DNA of 64,000 nucleotides from NCBI GenBank assembly GCA_000165345.1, contig CM000429.1, positions 352,001 to 416,000 of the forward strand, read 5' to 3'. Shown piece by piece: positions 54,233 to 64,000 of this stretch (position 1 is its first letter; each line of letters starts with the position of its first letter). The notes under the pieces were generated by a model. It saw only the letters and a program-made list of their open reading frames with translations, ran no database searches and was not told where the DNA came from. The position numbers and the translations under genes were made by a program.

Positions 54233-57200
54233 ATGAGAGAGCAAATTCAAAAATTGGTAGAAAACCTTGAGGAAATTGGAAGCGATTATAATACTCTAAT
54301 CGGCGCTTTGGATGTACTATTAAAAGTTCAGTATGAACAATCTATTAATAAATCTGCTTTGGAACTGTATGATGTCATATTAAGACTTGTCAGAGAAACA
54401 GATTATTTGAAGTTTCAAAAAAAGTTTCTCTGTTACATTTACATATTAAAACTCATATCTAAACGTATAAAACTCTCCCTCAGAGAACTATTTTTAGAGG
54501 ATTTTTTAATTAATTTTCCCAAAATAAAATGTAAAATAATCAAAGATCAAATCAATGAAATCATTTTCAATGTTTTATGTTCAAATTTTTCAGAATTTGA
54601 CATAGTTATAAATAAATGGCGAAGTTTGTTTAACGAAGTATATGAAGACAAATGTGGATTTGAATCATTAACTGAATTAATTTTTTATATTTGTTATAAA
54701 ATGCAATTTGAGCCTGAATTTAATTTACCATTCAACACAATTATTTATAAAATCATTCAGAATTTTTCCGAGGTTTATGAAAATGATGGTTCTATTTTCT
54801 TGATCAATTCATTTGTTTCCAAGCTGGAATATTCTCAAAATTTATTATTCCCAATGTTTTTAAATCGTGATTTCGTAGATCAGGCAAGTAAGCTTATTGG
54901 AAATATGATTAAATTATTCGAGAGTAATATAAATATAAAAGTATTTGTTTTTACTTTAAGAATTCCTGGCTTAATCGAATGTTTTATTTCTAATGGATAT
55001 ATTTTTGGCTATAATAAATTCACAAAATCCTTAATTCAAGGAATCACTAGCAAAGATTTTGAAATAAGAAAAAGTACAAGGTTTATATTGGAAAAGTTAG
55101 AAACATTATTAATAGAGAAAAATCTTAATAATTTCAATGCTACTGATAAAAACCATCATTTAAACAACGTAAAATCATTTATCTGTATTTTAGATTGCTA
55201 TGAAAATTTCAGTATTCACTTATTAAAAACTAATTGGGATAAATTTGAAAAATTATTGTTCGATCTTCAAAATTTAGAAAAGGAGTGGTGGATAGATTGC
55301 TTAATAGAAATTGGGCTCAATCATGAGAATTTGAACGTTCGGAAATTTGTCGCTTTTAATACTATTAACCTTGCAATTAAGAATCCCAAGAATTTACCCA
55401 ACTGGATAAAGCGCAATACATTTTTTAATGAATATTTAAGATATATTGTTTCATCACTTAACAATAAAATCAGCCTTCAGATAGAAGAGCTTTTCCTGAA
55501 ATTTATTTATTGCGTACTAAGGGTCAAGATTGAATGGATTAATGAGTATTTGAAATACATTGCATGCAATATCAAAGCCTTTACGCCAATTCGTGTTTTA
55601 ATTTACCCTTTAACAATCGGTACAAGGAATAACTTATATCTTTTCAATGATTCCATGAATATATCAGAAGGAACTAATGTTACTAAGATTGAGAGTTTGT
55701 TCCATAACTTTAATTCATGTAATATTAAAACAAATGTATCGAAAGATATAGCCAACAAATATTCTTTTCAAGAACACAAAGATTTCGAAGAATCTATTAT
55801 TATCCCAAAAGAATTATTTACTAAAGTTCTTGATATTTCGATACCAATCATTAAATTTGTTCCAATATTATTGAGACGTGAAGTTTATTCCAAATGGTTA
55901 GAAATTATCTTAAATTATTTTGTTTGTAACGAATTTTCTACGGATGAATTAATAAAAAATCTTATTTTATTTTTGGGGATAATCCCTGAATACTTGTTTT
56001 CTACAAATGAGATTTATGCAGTTATATATAATAATATTATAAAACATAAATTGGTTATAAATTCTTGTTTTGATCCTGAAATATTAACTTCATCAAAAAC
56101 ATGGTTTAATATATTTCAATTAGGAGTTGGGTTTGGGAGGCTAAAACAAATCTTTGGATCTTTTAGCGATTCGAGTCTAATAATTAAAAGTCATGTTGTA
56201 TTTGTTTCTTCATATTATAATTGCGAAGAAATGTATAATTTAAATAGTAGTATGAATGACAAGATAATTGAGATTTCCGAAAAAATGAAAATTTTGTTCG
56301 AAAACTCTGATGGAAATAATTTTATTGATATCGACTTGCTTTGGCTTGATATTCACTTGTTATCAATATTAAAAGGTGATTCCTATAATTTTTATCTGGA
56401 AAAATTATGGAATTGGTGCATTTTAGTAATAAGCGATATTGACACACTTTTAAATAGAATAAAATCAAATATTAATTCACAGATTTCTTTTGCAATGATA
56501 TTAAAGTGTCTGATTTATTTGCAAAAAGTTGGAAAATATTCATCGATACAGAATATTTTTGACATTGTTAATAATTTATTGTTAATAAGCAATAAAATGT
56601 TATCAAATTTGTTAATGAACAACCAAAATTTAATTATTTGGGATAAAGCCAGAAGAACGAATTTTTTATACGATATAATTGATATACATTCCATAAGCAA
56701 TGACAAATATTGCATAATACAATCATCATTTTTAACGTTAGGCTTTCCAGAAAATTACTCGAGTAAATATAATAATATTATTAGGGGGAACAGACTTGTT
56801 CAATTATTCCCTTCAAATTACCGTGATTTTTTTAATCTTATATCTCAATTAAAGTTTCAGTTAGTTAATTTAATTATTTCAAAAAATGCAGATGAAGCTT
56901 TCAGTTTAGTAGAAAATGATATTTATTATTATTCTATAAGCTTAAAAGTCTCTGGAGATAATTTTTTGTATGCAAAGGGATCTCTTTCAGATTGGTTCAA
57001 ACACATCACAGAAATATTGTTTTATGAGATTGAACACTGTGGCTTTGATAGTTTTTATATATGGTTATTAATGGAACAATTGCTTGGCTTTGTTTGCATT
57101 GAAAATTATTATAATTTTGAAGAAAACTTCATTTCTCAACTCTTGAATAAAATATTTGAATTAATAATTAAAAATTGCGATGAATTGATAGATAATGGAA

Positions 57201-59659
57201 TCTATAGAAATAATTTATTCACAATTTTTAATTCAATTTTGACAAAAAAAGAATACACAATATTGTTTGAAAGACATTACTTGATAAATAAGGTGGCCAA
57301 CCATTTTTACTCTTGTATTAAATTAAATAACGGCAATGTACGGTTTTTTATTTTCCCTTTATTGGATTTAATCAAAAACTATATTGAAAGTTGCAATGAA
57401 GATATTTTTGAAGAATCTCTTAAATATTCAAGAAACATGATTCAAATCGATTCAGAAAGTCTTAGTAATATTATTATATTTGCAAATATTTTAGTTGAAT
57501 TGATCGTTTTTGAAGAGCAAGGGTTAATTGACGGAAGCAAAGTGAGATTTCAAGAATTTTCTATAGAGAATAATGTTGGAATAAGTGAAATGATTGATAT
57601 TTATAGAAGATGTAAGATATATGAGGATAGTGGTAGTTTTTTAAGACATGTAACAATTATTTATCTGTCAAATCTTATCGAAGATTCGAATTCGAAAAAA
57701 CATGATTCGTTAATAAAATTCATCTCAATGATAATTATTTTATTGACAAAAAAATTAGAAGGTGCTATTCCAGCGTCAGTTCAAGATAAGCTGGCTTTAA
57801 CAAATATTCAAGTAAATACAACTGATTTAAATATTTCAAATTGCTTTTTAATTAATGAAGCCGAAAATAGTTTCAAAAATGCAAAAAAATTCCCTCCCTT
57901 GCCAAATAGCAACCATCATAAATTTCTAATTAATATTTGGCAGTCGATTTGTTGTTTAATAAATATTTTAAATTCAAGCGAAGACAAATTTGTTAATTAT
58001 TTGATTGGATTCTACTTCAAGCATCTACAATACCTTTATAATCCAGATGTTAGGCAGTATATTGATATGTTTGGCTGCAATATTGTCGTATATTTTCCAA
58101 AAAAGTGCATTGAGTACATTATTGAAGGCCTTTCAAACAATATTAACAATCATACGCAAGTAATTTATTCTTATCTTTGCATTTCAAGCTATTTGATACA
58201 TTTTTTGAAAGATGTTTCTCCTCTGCCATTTAACGATAACTCTGAAACGGAAGTAATTAGCGATATTTTTGCTTTTGAAGGAGATTTATGGATTAAAATA
58301 AATATTGAATTTCTTGATAAGTACGTTTCGTTCTTTAATTTGTTTGCCAGCTATTCAATATCAAACTCATCCCTTTTGAGAAATGTTGTTCTATATACAT
58401 TATATGATGCATATAATAATAATTACGTTTTTGAAATTTTACAAAGGTCTTTTGAAAGTTACTTCTCTTCAGACACTGAAAATATTCATTCATTAGCGAT
58501 TGATTTTAAAAGTGCCCTCAAAATTGAAGAAACTAAGGCTAAAATAGAGATAATTCGAAATTCAAGATATTATGCGAGTAATAAGCTAGATACTTCCAAA
58601 CAAATATTTTTACTTAATTTATTTATTTTAGAAGAATCAAAATATATGAGAACTTTAGTTAATAGTATTTTCAATAATCATGATATCTTGAAGATGCTAA
58701 AGAATTTATCAATAGTTTGGACTATTTGGAAACCAATTAAATATTGTGCAGTAGAAAATATTATTCCGCGAGATAATTTGGTAGAGTTCTCGGATCAAAA
58801 GGAATCCCAAAATTTCTTTAATTGTTCATCATGCTTAGATTCAATATTAGGCAAATTGGATGGCAGTACCGATATTTATGAAACCAACTTTGAAAAGGAG
58901 CTACTTGCAATGCAAGATAAATGCGAAACATACATATTGAACTCCCATTTGATATTTGGAGATCTTAGACCCTCGTGGAGTCTCTACTATCTACTGAAGA
59001 AAATCATATGCAAAGAGATGAGCGGATACTACGCACAAGAAAAAGAAGAGAAAGAAGAGCATAACGCAATAGAAATTCAGAGGTCTCATAACTACCAACT
59101 AAAATTCGAACCTCCACACTACGATAGCCTCATTTCCGGTGAGCCAAGATCAAGGAGGTCGGATAACCGGCTGTTAAATAGATCAGGGCTAATAGTAATA
59201 GGAAGCCTTGTTGACAAAGTTCCAAATATAGCAGGAATAACTAGGACCTGCGAGGTCTTCCGCGCCAATGAGTTACTGTTGAGCAGCAAGAAAGTTATGA
59301 ACGACCCTATTTTCAGACAAATCTCTGTTACAGCAGAGAAATGGCTGCCAATAAACGAGCTGGAACCTACAAAGATCAAAGAATACGTTCAGAGGAAGCG
59401 GATGGAAGGATACAAGATATTTGGATTGGAGCAAACGTCCTCTAGTATTTCCATTAAAGGATGCGTCTTCCCAGAAAAGTCTGTTTTGATTTTAGGGAAA
59501 GAGAAAGAAGGTATACCCTCTGAAATTGTTTCGATTGTGGATCAGTGCATTGAAATCCCTCAATATGGGATAATAAGATCGCTTAATGTTCACGTATCAG
59601 CTTCAATCTTTATATATGAGTACACAACTCAATTTATGCAAAGCTTATCGATTAATTAA
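54233..59659 (+). CDS. TRM3: Trm3/TARBP1-like large protein with a C-terminal SpoU/TrmH 2'-O-ribose methyltransferase domain (probable tRNA Gm18 methyltransferase).
   Basis: 1808 aa, with a long helical/ARM-like N-terminal region. The C-terminal ~170 aa (nt ~59150-59640) has SpoU motifs: GLIVIGSLVDKVPNIAGITRTCEVF, KIFGLEQT, and SVLILGKEKEGIPSEIV...NVHVSASIFIYEY. Confidence 0.75.
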   Translation: MREQIQKLVENLEEIGSDYNTLIGALDVLLKVQYEQSINKSALELYDVILRLVRETDYLKFQKKFLCYIYILKLISKRIKLSLRELFLEDFLINFPKIKCKIIKDQINEIIFNVLCSNFSEFDIVINKWRSLFNEVYEDKCGFESLTELIFYICYKMQFEPEFNLPFNTIIYKIIQNFSEVYENDGSIFLINSFVSKLEYSQNLLFPMFLNRDFVDQASKLIGNMIKLFESNINIKVFVFTLRIPGLIECFISNGYIFGYNKFTKSLIQGITSKDFEIRKSTRFILEKLETLLIEKNLNNFNATDKNHHLNNVKSFICILDCYENFSIHLLKTNWDKFEKLLFDLQNLEKEWWIDCLIEIGLNHENLNVRKFVAFNTINLAIKNPKNLPNWIKRNTFFNEYLRYIVSSLNNKISLQIEELFLKFIYCVLRVKIEWINEYLKYIACNIKAFTPIRVLIYPLTIGTRNNLYLFNDSMNISEGTNVTKIESLFHNFNSCNIKTNVSKDIANKYSFQEHKDFEESIIIPKELFTKVLDISIPIIKFVPILLRREVYSKWLEIILNYFVCNEFSTDELIKNLILFLGIIPEYLFSTNEIYAVIYNNIIKHKLVINSCFDPEILTSSKTWFNIFQLGVGFGRLKQIFGSFSDSSLIIKSHVVFVSSYYNCEEMYNLNSSMNDKIIEISEKMKILFENSDGNNFIDIDLLWLDIHLLSILKGDSYNFYLEKLWNWCILVISDIDTLLNRIKSNINSQISFAMILKCLIYLQKVGKYSSIQNIFDIVNNLLLISNKMLSNLLMNNQNLIIWDKARRTNFLYDIIDIHSISNDKYCIIQSSFLTLGFPENYSSKYNNIIRGNRLVQLFPSNYRDFFNLISQLKFQLVNLIISKNADEAFSLVENDIYYYSISLKVSGDNFLYAKGSLSDWFKHITEILFYEIEHCGFDSFYIWLLMEQLLGFVCIENYYNFEENFISQLLNKIFELIIKNCDELIDNGIYRNNLFTIFNSILTKKEYTILFERHYLINKVANHFYSCIKLNNGNVRFFIFPLLDLIKNYIESCNEDIFEESLKYSRNMIQIDSESLSNIIIFANILVELIVFEEQGLIDGSKVRFQEFSIENNVGISEMIDIYRRCKIYEDSGSFLRHVTIIYLSNLIEDSNSKKHDSLIKFISMIIILLTKKLEGAIPASVQDKLALTNIQVNTTDLNISNCFLINEAENSFKNAKKFPPLPNSNHHKFLINIWQSICCLINILNSSEDKFVNYLIGFYFKHLQYLYNPDVRQYIDMFGCNIVVYFPKKCIEYIIEGLSNNINNHTQVIYSYLCISSYLIHFLKDVSPLPFNDNSETEVISDIFAFEGDLWIKINIEFLDKYVSFFNLFASYSISNSSLLRNVVLYTLYDAYNNNYVFEILQRSFESYFSSDTENIHSLAIDFKSALKIEETKAKIEIIRNSRYYASNKLDTSKQIFLLNLFILEESKYMRTLVNSIFNNHDILKMLKNLSIVWTIWKPIKYCAVENIIPRDNLVEFSDQKESQNFFNCSSCLDSILGKLDGSTDIYETNFEKELLAMQDKCETYILNSHLIFGDLRPSWSLYYLLKKIICKEMSGYYAQEKEEKEEHNAIEIQRSHNYQLKFEPPHYDSLISGEPRSRRSDNRLLNRSGLIVIGSLVDKVPNIAGITRTCEVFRANELLLSSKKVMNDPIFRQISVTAEKWLPINELEPTKIKEYVQRKRMEGYKIFGLEQTSSSISIKGCVFPEKSVLILGKEKEGIPSEIVSIVDQCIEIPQYGIIRSLNVHVSASIFIYEYTTQFMQSLSIN

Positions 59660-60896
59660 GTTTCTTTTTGCTACATTCTGCCTCGCAGTACTCACCAATT
59701 AAACTAGAAAAACTAGTTTCTGGGGAGAACGTTTGGACAGCCCTAGAAACATAAGAAACTGCAGGGGTTGAACCCATAGCTGCGATAGGAAAACCGACTT
59801 TAGACATTATCTCCAAGTCATTTTCACCGTCACCCAAATATGCTACTTGGTGGAATTTGAGTTTGAGTTTCTTCAAGATGAGTCTAGCACCATTCAGCTT
59901 GGAGGCGTTTTGAGGGACAATTTCCAATACATTTGGTACTGACCTGTAGATTTTGCAGCCAAACATTTTGACAAACGTCTCCAAATGCTCTCTTAAATGA
60001 AGGAGCACATCAGGGTCCTCCACTATGACAATCTTGAATATTCCCTTAATCTTTTCACCTTCTCTTGGTTCCAAAAATTTAGACAAGTTAACACCCTTAT
60101 GAACCATGCTATCAATCTCTTGGCTCATATACTCCTTCATGTTTTCGCCCTCAAATCCATCAACGAATAGGCCATTAGAGTTCTCAATTGCGATGTTCAA
60201 TAGACGTAGCGAATCAGCAGATTCGTCATCCTTCTCTTCATTATTAGAAATCTTTGCATACTTAGAATTTCCGTTTCTATTTGATTCAAATCTTAAAGAC
60301 TTTTCATTAGATACTGCAAATTTCTTAACATACTTAACAATTTCCAATGCATCTTCGGAATTAATCCTGGTTTCGTATAATACATCCTTAATGCCACCTG
60401 GACCAAAGACAAGAGCACCATTGTAATATACTCCTGGAAATCCGGTAAATACAGAGTTCTTAAGACCGTTTGTAATAAACTTCAATGAGCTAGTGTATGA
60501 TTTACCAGTAGCAGGGAAAAATTTAATATTAGATGAGAGAATGTCTCCGAAAATCATTGAATTTGATTCAGCAATATAGCTCGAACCAACTCCAGCTAAT
60601 GAACCATCCAAGTCAGAAATAATACAATTGAAAGAACAATTATATTTTCTCTGCTCCTTCTTTGCACGCAAGCTTCTATGCACAGACATGTTAAGATCAA
60701 GTACTTCAAACGGCAAGACTAGAGGGGTATATGAAGCATTGAAGTACGTAAAATTTGACATGATTTCCATCGAGCTATTTTTATCCAATTCAGTTATGTT
60801 CCCATTGCTATTTTCCAGAATAACATCCTGAGATCTTGTATCCTTGATGAGGGCAAATGCAAGAACAATAGTTGAAACTAGGGCTTTCTTAATCAT
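59652..60896 (-). CDS. Secreted HAD-superfamily (Cof/IIB-type) phosphatase.
   Basis: The track ORF begins at TTG 60905, and the first ATG is at 60896, giving the signal-like MIKKALVSTIVLAFALIKDTRSQD. HAD motif I is DLDGSL, and motif IV is GDGENDLEIM. The gene's 3' end overlaps the 3' end of the convergent Trm3 gene by 8 nt. Confidence 0.7.
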   Translation of the reverse strand: MIKKALVSTIVLAFALIKDTRSQDVILENSNGNITELDKNSSMEIMSNFTYFNASYTPLVLPFEVLDLNMSVHRSLRAKKEQRKYNCSFNCIISDLDGSLAGVGSSYIAESNSMIFGDILSSNIKFFPATGKSYTSSLKFITNGLKNSVFTGFPGVYYNGALVFGPGGIKDVLYETRINSEDALEIVKYVKKFAVSNEKSLRFESNRNGNSKYAKISNNEEKDDESADSLRLLNIAIENSNGLFVDGFEGENMKEYMSQEIDSMVHKGVNLSKFLEPREGEKIKGIFKIVIVEDPDVLLHLREHLETFVKMFGCKIYRSVPNVLEIVPQNASKLNGARLILKKLKLKFHQVAYLGDGENDLEIMSKVGFPIAAMGSTPAVSYVSRAVQTFSPETSFSSLIGEYCEAECSKKKLN

Positions 60897-60968
60897 TTTA
60901 AACAAATTTTAAATCACTTACACAAAATAATCAAAGTGATAGTTACGTGGAGAAAGCTTGATGTCTTC

Positions 60969-60983
60969 GGGGGGGGGGGGGGG
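60969..60983. promoter_or_regulatory. G15 homopolymer (G-box-like tract) between the HAD phosphatase start and the DDRGK1 3' end.
   Basis: Direct observation: cgggggggggggggggaaggg. Confidence 0.5.
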
Positions 60984-61032
60984 AAGGGAGTGTTGTCTTT
61001 GAAAATCGTGGGAGCCCGCAACAATAAATATA

Positions 61033-61818
61033 TTACATGGCTATTACATCATTGCAAATTAATGTAAGGTCTTTTGACTTAGATATTTTTCCGTTTTTGT
61101 TAATACAAAAGTTAATGCCTTCCCACTCCTGTTCGCTTATAAATATATATTGCCCTTTGTCTGTAATTACTCCATCTATGATTTTTTGCTCCTCAAGCTG
61201 GTTAATTCTGGAAATGACGTCTTCAATGCTTATATTAAATTCAACGCTTAAATCGTTGATATTAGTGATCTTTTCCCTAGTTATCGCATTTATAAATTTG
61301 CTTAGATTTTCATATTCACTGTTGAGATCTTCATCTCCGAATTCGAATTCATTACCAGTTTCATCAATATTTATCTTGAGCTTCCATTTCTCGTATTCTT
61401 TTTGTTCACATATTAGCGCTTTTTTCCTCTCAGACAGCTTTTCAAGAACTTTTTTGTTAATTTTATTTTCATGAAGCTCACATTTCACTGCCTTTAGCCT
61501 TTGTTTAGCTTCATACGCCTCTCTTCTGTGTTTTCTTGCTTGTTTAGCGTTTATCAACTGCTTGCTCGCAAGCTCTTCAATTCTAATTTTTCTTTTTAAA
61601 CTATTATTGAGTTTTTGGTTGTCTGTTGTATTAATTGTTGTTAAAATCTCATGGCCTCGAGTACTACCTTCATTTTGAGAAGATGTAAGATTGCTGCCCC
61701 ATATCCACTTAGTGATGTAATAATTAACAAGTAAAAATGATAAAAAAGAGCAAGCTATCCATACATAGTCCTTCTTGCTAAGAGAAAAAATAATTTCTTT
61801 AAGCAAATGTTCAGCCAT
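61033..61818 (-). CDS. DDRGK1: DDRGK-domain protein (DDRGK1/UFBP1 homolog, UFM1-system ER adaptor).
   Basis: N-terminal TM (VWIACSFLSFLLVNYYI) and a Lys/Glu-rich coiled coil. A C-terminal winged-helix reads NINDLSVEFNISIEDVISRINQLEEQKIIDGVITDKGQYIFISEQEW. This aligns with human DDRGK1 [46 protein letters not shown]. Confidence 0.7.
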   Translation of the reverse strand: MAEHLLKEIIFSLSKKDYVWIACSFLSFLLVNYYITKWIWGSNLTSSQNEGSTRGHEILTTINTTDNQKLNNSLKRKIRIEELASKQLINAKQARKHRREAYEAKQRLKAVKCELHENKINKKVLEKLSERKKALICEQKEYEKWKLKINIDETGNEFEFGDEDLNSEYENLSKFINAITREKITNINDLSVEFNISIEDVISRINQLEEQKIIDGVITDKGQYIFISEQEWEGINFCINKNGKISKSKDLTLICNDVIAM

Positions 61819-61980
61819 ATATTTATCTTAGTAATATATCTATTTTTTATACGAAATAACCCTAAGTCTAAATATAGTGATACCGACTTTTTTTCTTCAA
61901 AATTGACGTGTCAAAATGGGCGCTACCTTAGTGTGCACACACAAATAACCTACTTACTCAAAATATGAGTTTCGAACTAC

Positions 61981-63519
61981 ATGATATTAAAAAATATGCA
62001 TCTAAGTAAGAATATAATTTCAAGAAAAAGTGCCAAGCTTCAGTTTTACCGTTTTTCAAAGCTCTGGCATAGCGAAGTAATATTTAAAACAGTTATAGTG
62101 GCATTACTAATTGTAATAAACATTATATTATTGATATATACATTGATAAAGATTGATGGAAATAAATGTGATGATTTCTTAGCTTTATTTGGGTGGATGC
62201 TATTACTTTTATATTGTGGAGTCTTAATTGATATTGAGTCTTCCAGAAGTTTGAAAATTTGTCTTTCAATTTTAATTCTTATTAATTTAGTGTGCATTGA
62301 GAAAAACATTTTAATGGTTGGAATTACAATTGACTTTTTAAATTTAGGAGTTCTCTGGCCTATTTTTAAGTATGGAGAAATACGTTTAGATTCAGAGGAA
62401 TATTATGAAGATGAATATATTCTGCCATTAATTGACAGTAGTAAGAAGTTATTAAATGTATACTATGAACTTTGGAGAAGAAATAGCTATGGAGGAATTA
62501 AAAGCTACAATGGGCTACTTGTAACTAGATGCGTAATAATGTCTTGTATATTCCTTTGTATTTTATTATTTAATACAGTTGATAAATACACTAATTTTGG
62601 CAAAAACAAATTTACAGAATTGCAAAACATAATCTATTTAAGAAGTACACAAATTATATCAAAAACCGAATCTATTGATAAAATATCCAAAATTGGAGGT
62701 AACGGTATATTTATAGCACAAATCATGATTATTACTTTAGCTGTGTTGCTAAAGCCGGTCTTATCAAAACTTGTTAATTTAATAATAGTATTCAAGAATA
62801 AATGCATATTAACGCTAAAAAGCAATGAAATGAGTGATGGGAAAGTAAAGCAAATAGTTAAATTTAATGATTACGAGTTTAATCATCAAAATTTGGATAT
62901 TGAATCTAACAAACAGAATGCTTTTATTAATCAGAATAAATTGCTCAATAGTTGTATATTTTTTTTTTCCGTATTTCTATTTGGAATAATAACATGTGAA
63001 AATAGGGAATTTGATATAATTTCAAGGATGTTTTTGATTGAACAAGATAAGACAATTGTGCTATGCATTTTATTGCCCTTAATTGGCTTGCTAACTGAAA
63101 TTTCTACGTTCAGAGATTGGTGTTGGTACTTCATTTTCTCATGGGTTATATATTGTTTTAATATTTGGTCAGATAATTCAATGGTAAAGAGTATCGCTAG
63201 TATACTTTCAGGAGTGCTCTTCAACATATCGGCGATATTATTTGTTATAAATCAGACAAAAAACTCAAGTAATAATAATAAAGTTCGGGAATATATTCTT
63301 ACAAGTTATATTTTTCAAAAGATGTGTTATTTTTTGGGGTGTAGTATGTCGAAAAAAGTTTTTTCAAGTCATGAAAGTAGCATTATAAAAAATATATATT
63401 TAATCATCACAAATATTATAATAATTTTTAACTTATATTTTCTTCTTTATTTTAGTTCGAGTCGAGAAATAGCTTCTAAGCAAGACGACAATGAAATTGA
63501 GTGGGATGTAGTATATTAG
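61981..63519 (+). CDS. Polytopic membrane protein (512 aa, about 10 TM) of unknown function.
   Basis: Real ATG at 61981. There are multiple 20-25 aa hydrophobic segments throughout. I recognised no motif. Confidence 0.45.
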   Translation: MILKNMHLSKNIISRKSAKLQFYRFSKLWHSEVIFKTVIVALLIVINIILLIYTLIKIDGNKCDDFLALFGWMLLLLYCGVLIDIESSRSLKICLSILILINLVCIEKNILMVGITIDFLNLGVLWPIFKYGEIRLDSEEYYEDEYILPLIDSSKKLLNVYYELWRRNSYGGIKSYNGLLVTRCVIMSCIFLCILLFNTVDKYTNFGKNKFTELQNIIYLRSTQIISKTESIDKISKIGGNGIFIAQIMIITLAVLLKPVLSKLVNLIIVFKNKCILTLKSNEMSDGKVKQIVKFNDYEFNHQNLDIESNKQNAFINQNKLLNSCIFFFSVFLFGIITCENREFDIISRMFLIEQDKTIVLCILLPLIGLLTEISTFRDWCWYFIFSWVIYCFNIWSDNSMVKSIASILSGVLFNISAILFVINQTKNSSNNNKVREYILTSYIFQKMCYFLGCSMSKKVFSSHESSIIKNIYLIITNIIIIFNLYFLLYFSSSREIASKQDDNEIEWDVVY

Positions 63520-63963
63520 TTATATCGATTCTAAGAAGCTTCTCAATATAATTTTTAATGTATTGCACGGACAAGATAACATAAAAATAAATAAAAAAGA
63601 TATTGTGAATAACCATACGCTCCAAATCAAGAAGAAATAGCTTGCTTTAATATTTTTACTACCAAGAAACGACACTCTTTCAATTCCTAATCTTTTTTTC
63701 GAGTTAAAATTTTCTGCTGGCCACATATTATCAATCATTTTAATCTCGTATTTTCCCCTTTCTAATCCATGAGGTATTTGACCCCAAACCATTTTGAAGC
63801 TGGGAAGCCATGCACCATGCATCCAGATTCTGTAATGTATGTCTGTGGTTTTTATCCACATCATTTTGTTGTATGGGACTGCAAACATTGAAAAATCATT
63901 TTTCAGTGATAACTGGTCAATTTCAACGTTAAGCAATTCTTTTTTGCCATCCTCTTTTAACAT
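63520..63963 (-). CDS. Small hypothetical protein (147 aa) with a C-terminal transmembrane tail (tail-anchored topology).
   Basis: ATG at 63963-63961 with an in-frame stop just upstream. A soluble N-domain (WIKTTDIHYRIWMHGAWLPSFKMVWGQIPHG) is followed by YFFLIWSVWLFTISFLFIFMLS. Confidence 0.4.
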   Translation of the reverse strand: MLKEDGKKELLNVEIDQLSLKNDFSMFAVPYNKMMWIKTTDIHYRIWMHGAWLPSFKMVWGQIPHGLERGKYEIKMIDNMWPAENFNSKKRLGIERVSFLGSKNIKASYFFLIWSVWLFTISFLFIFMLSCPCNTLKIILRSFLESI

Positions 63964-64000
63964 ATATATCTCAAATTTGTCATTATAAAACGTGATGGAT

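Noticed and set aside
1-64000. Prokaryotic-style systems (CRISPR arrays, defence islands, operons, IS elements).
   Set aside because: The sequence has eukaryotic hallmarks: spliceosomal introns, a eukaryotic tRNA, and E2F, GATA, PHD and proteasome genes. I found no direct-repeat arrays, terminal inverted repeats or transposase-like ORFs.

Overview
This window is AT-rich (roughly 70% A+T), gene-dense eukaryotic DNA, not prokaryotic. Long ORFs use the standard genetic code, intergenic spacers are short, and most genes have no introns. Coding regions carry poly-Asn and Ser/Asn-rich low-complexity tracts. I can support about 30 protein-coding genes on both strands, one tRNA-His(GUG), two canonical short spliceosomal introns, several coding microsatellites and a set of recurring promoter motifs. 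The gene set includes a NEK kinase, Rpn5, an E2F factor, a GATA factor, a RING+CCCH protein, a PHD-PWWP reader, HINT, an Rpb7-like subunit, ribosomal protein eL36, bystin, an insulinase-like M16 peptidase, a PGAM5-like phosphatase, a Trm3/TARBP1-like SpoU methyltransferase, a secreted HAD phosphatase and a DDRGK1/UFBP1 homolog. The promoter motifs are E2F-type TTTGGCGC sites, GCATGC clusters and G-tracts. Together these fit a compact apicomplexan genome of the Cryptosporidium type, but that assignment is inference and not a database result. Several ORFs in the supplied track begin at TTG or GTG, so I re-anchored those to the first in-frame ATG. Coordinates include the stop codon, following the track. 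Three items look most worth following up. (1) A giant 3008-aa multi-pass membrane protein with N-terminal ephrin-receptor-like cysteine-rich modules and three C-terminal ConA/LamG-like domains. (2) An E2F gene sitting in a window with several canonical E2F sites in divergent promoters, including its own. (3) Two hand-built intron-containing gene models that the six-frame track misses. There are no CRISPR arrays, transposons or prokaryotic defence loci in this window.
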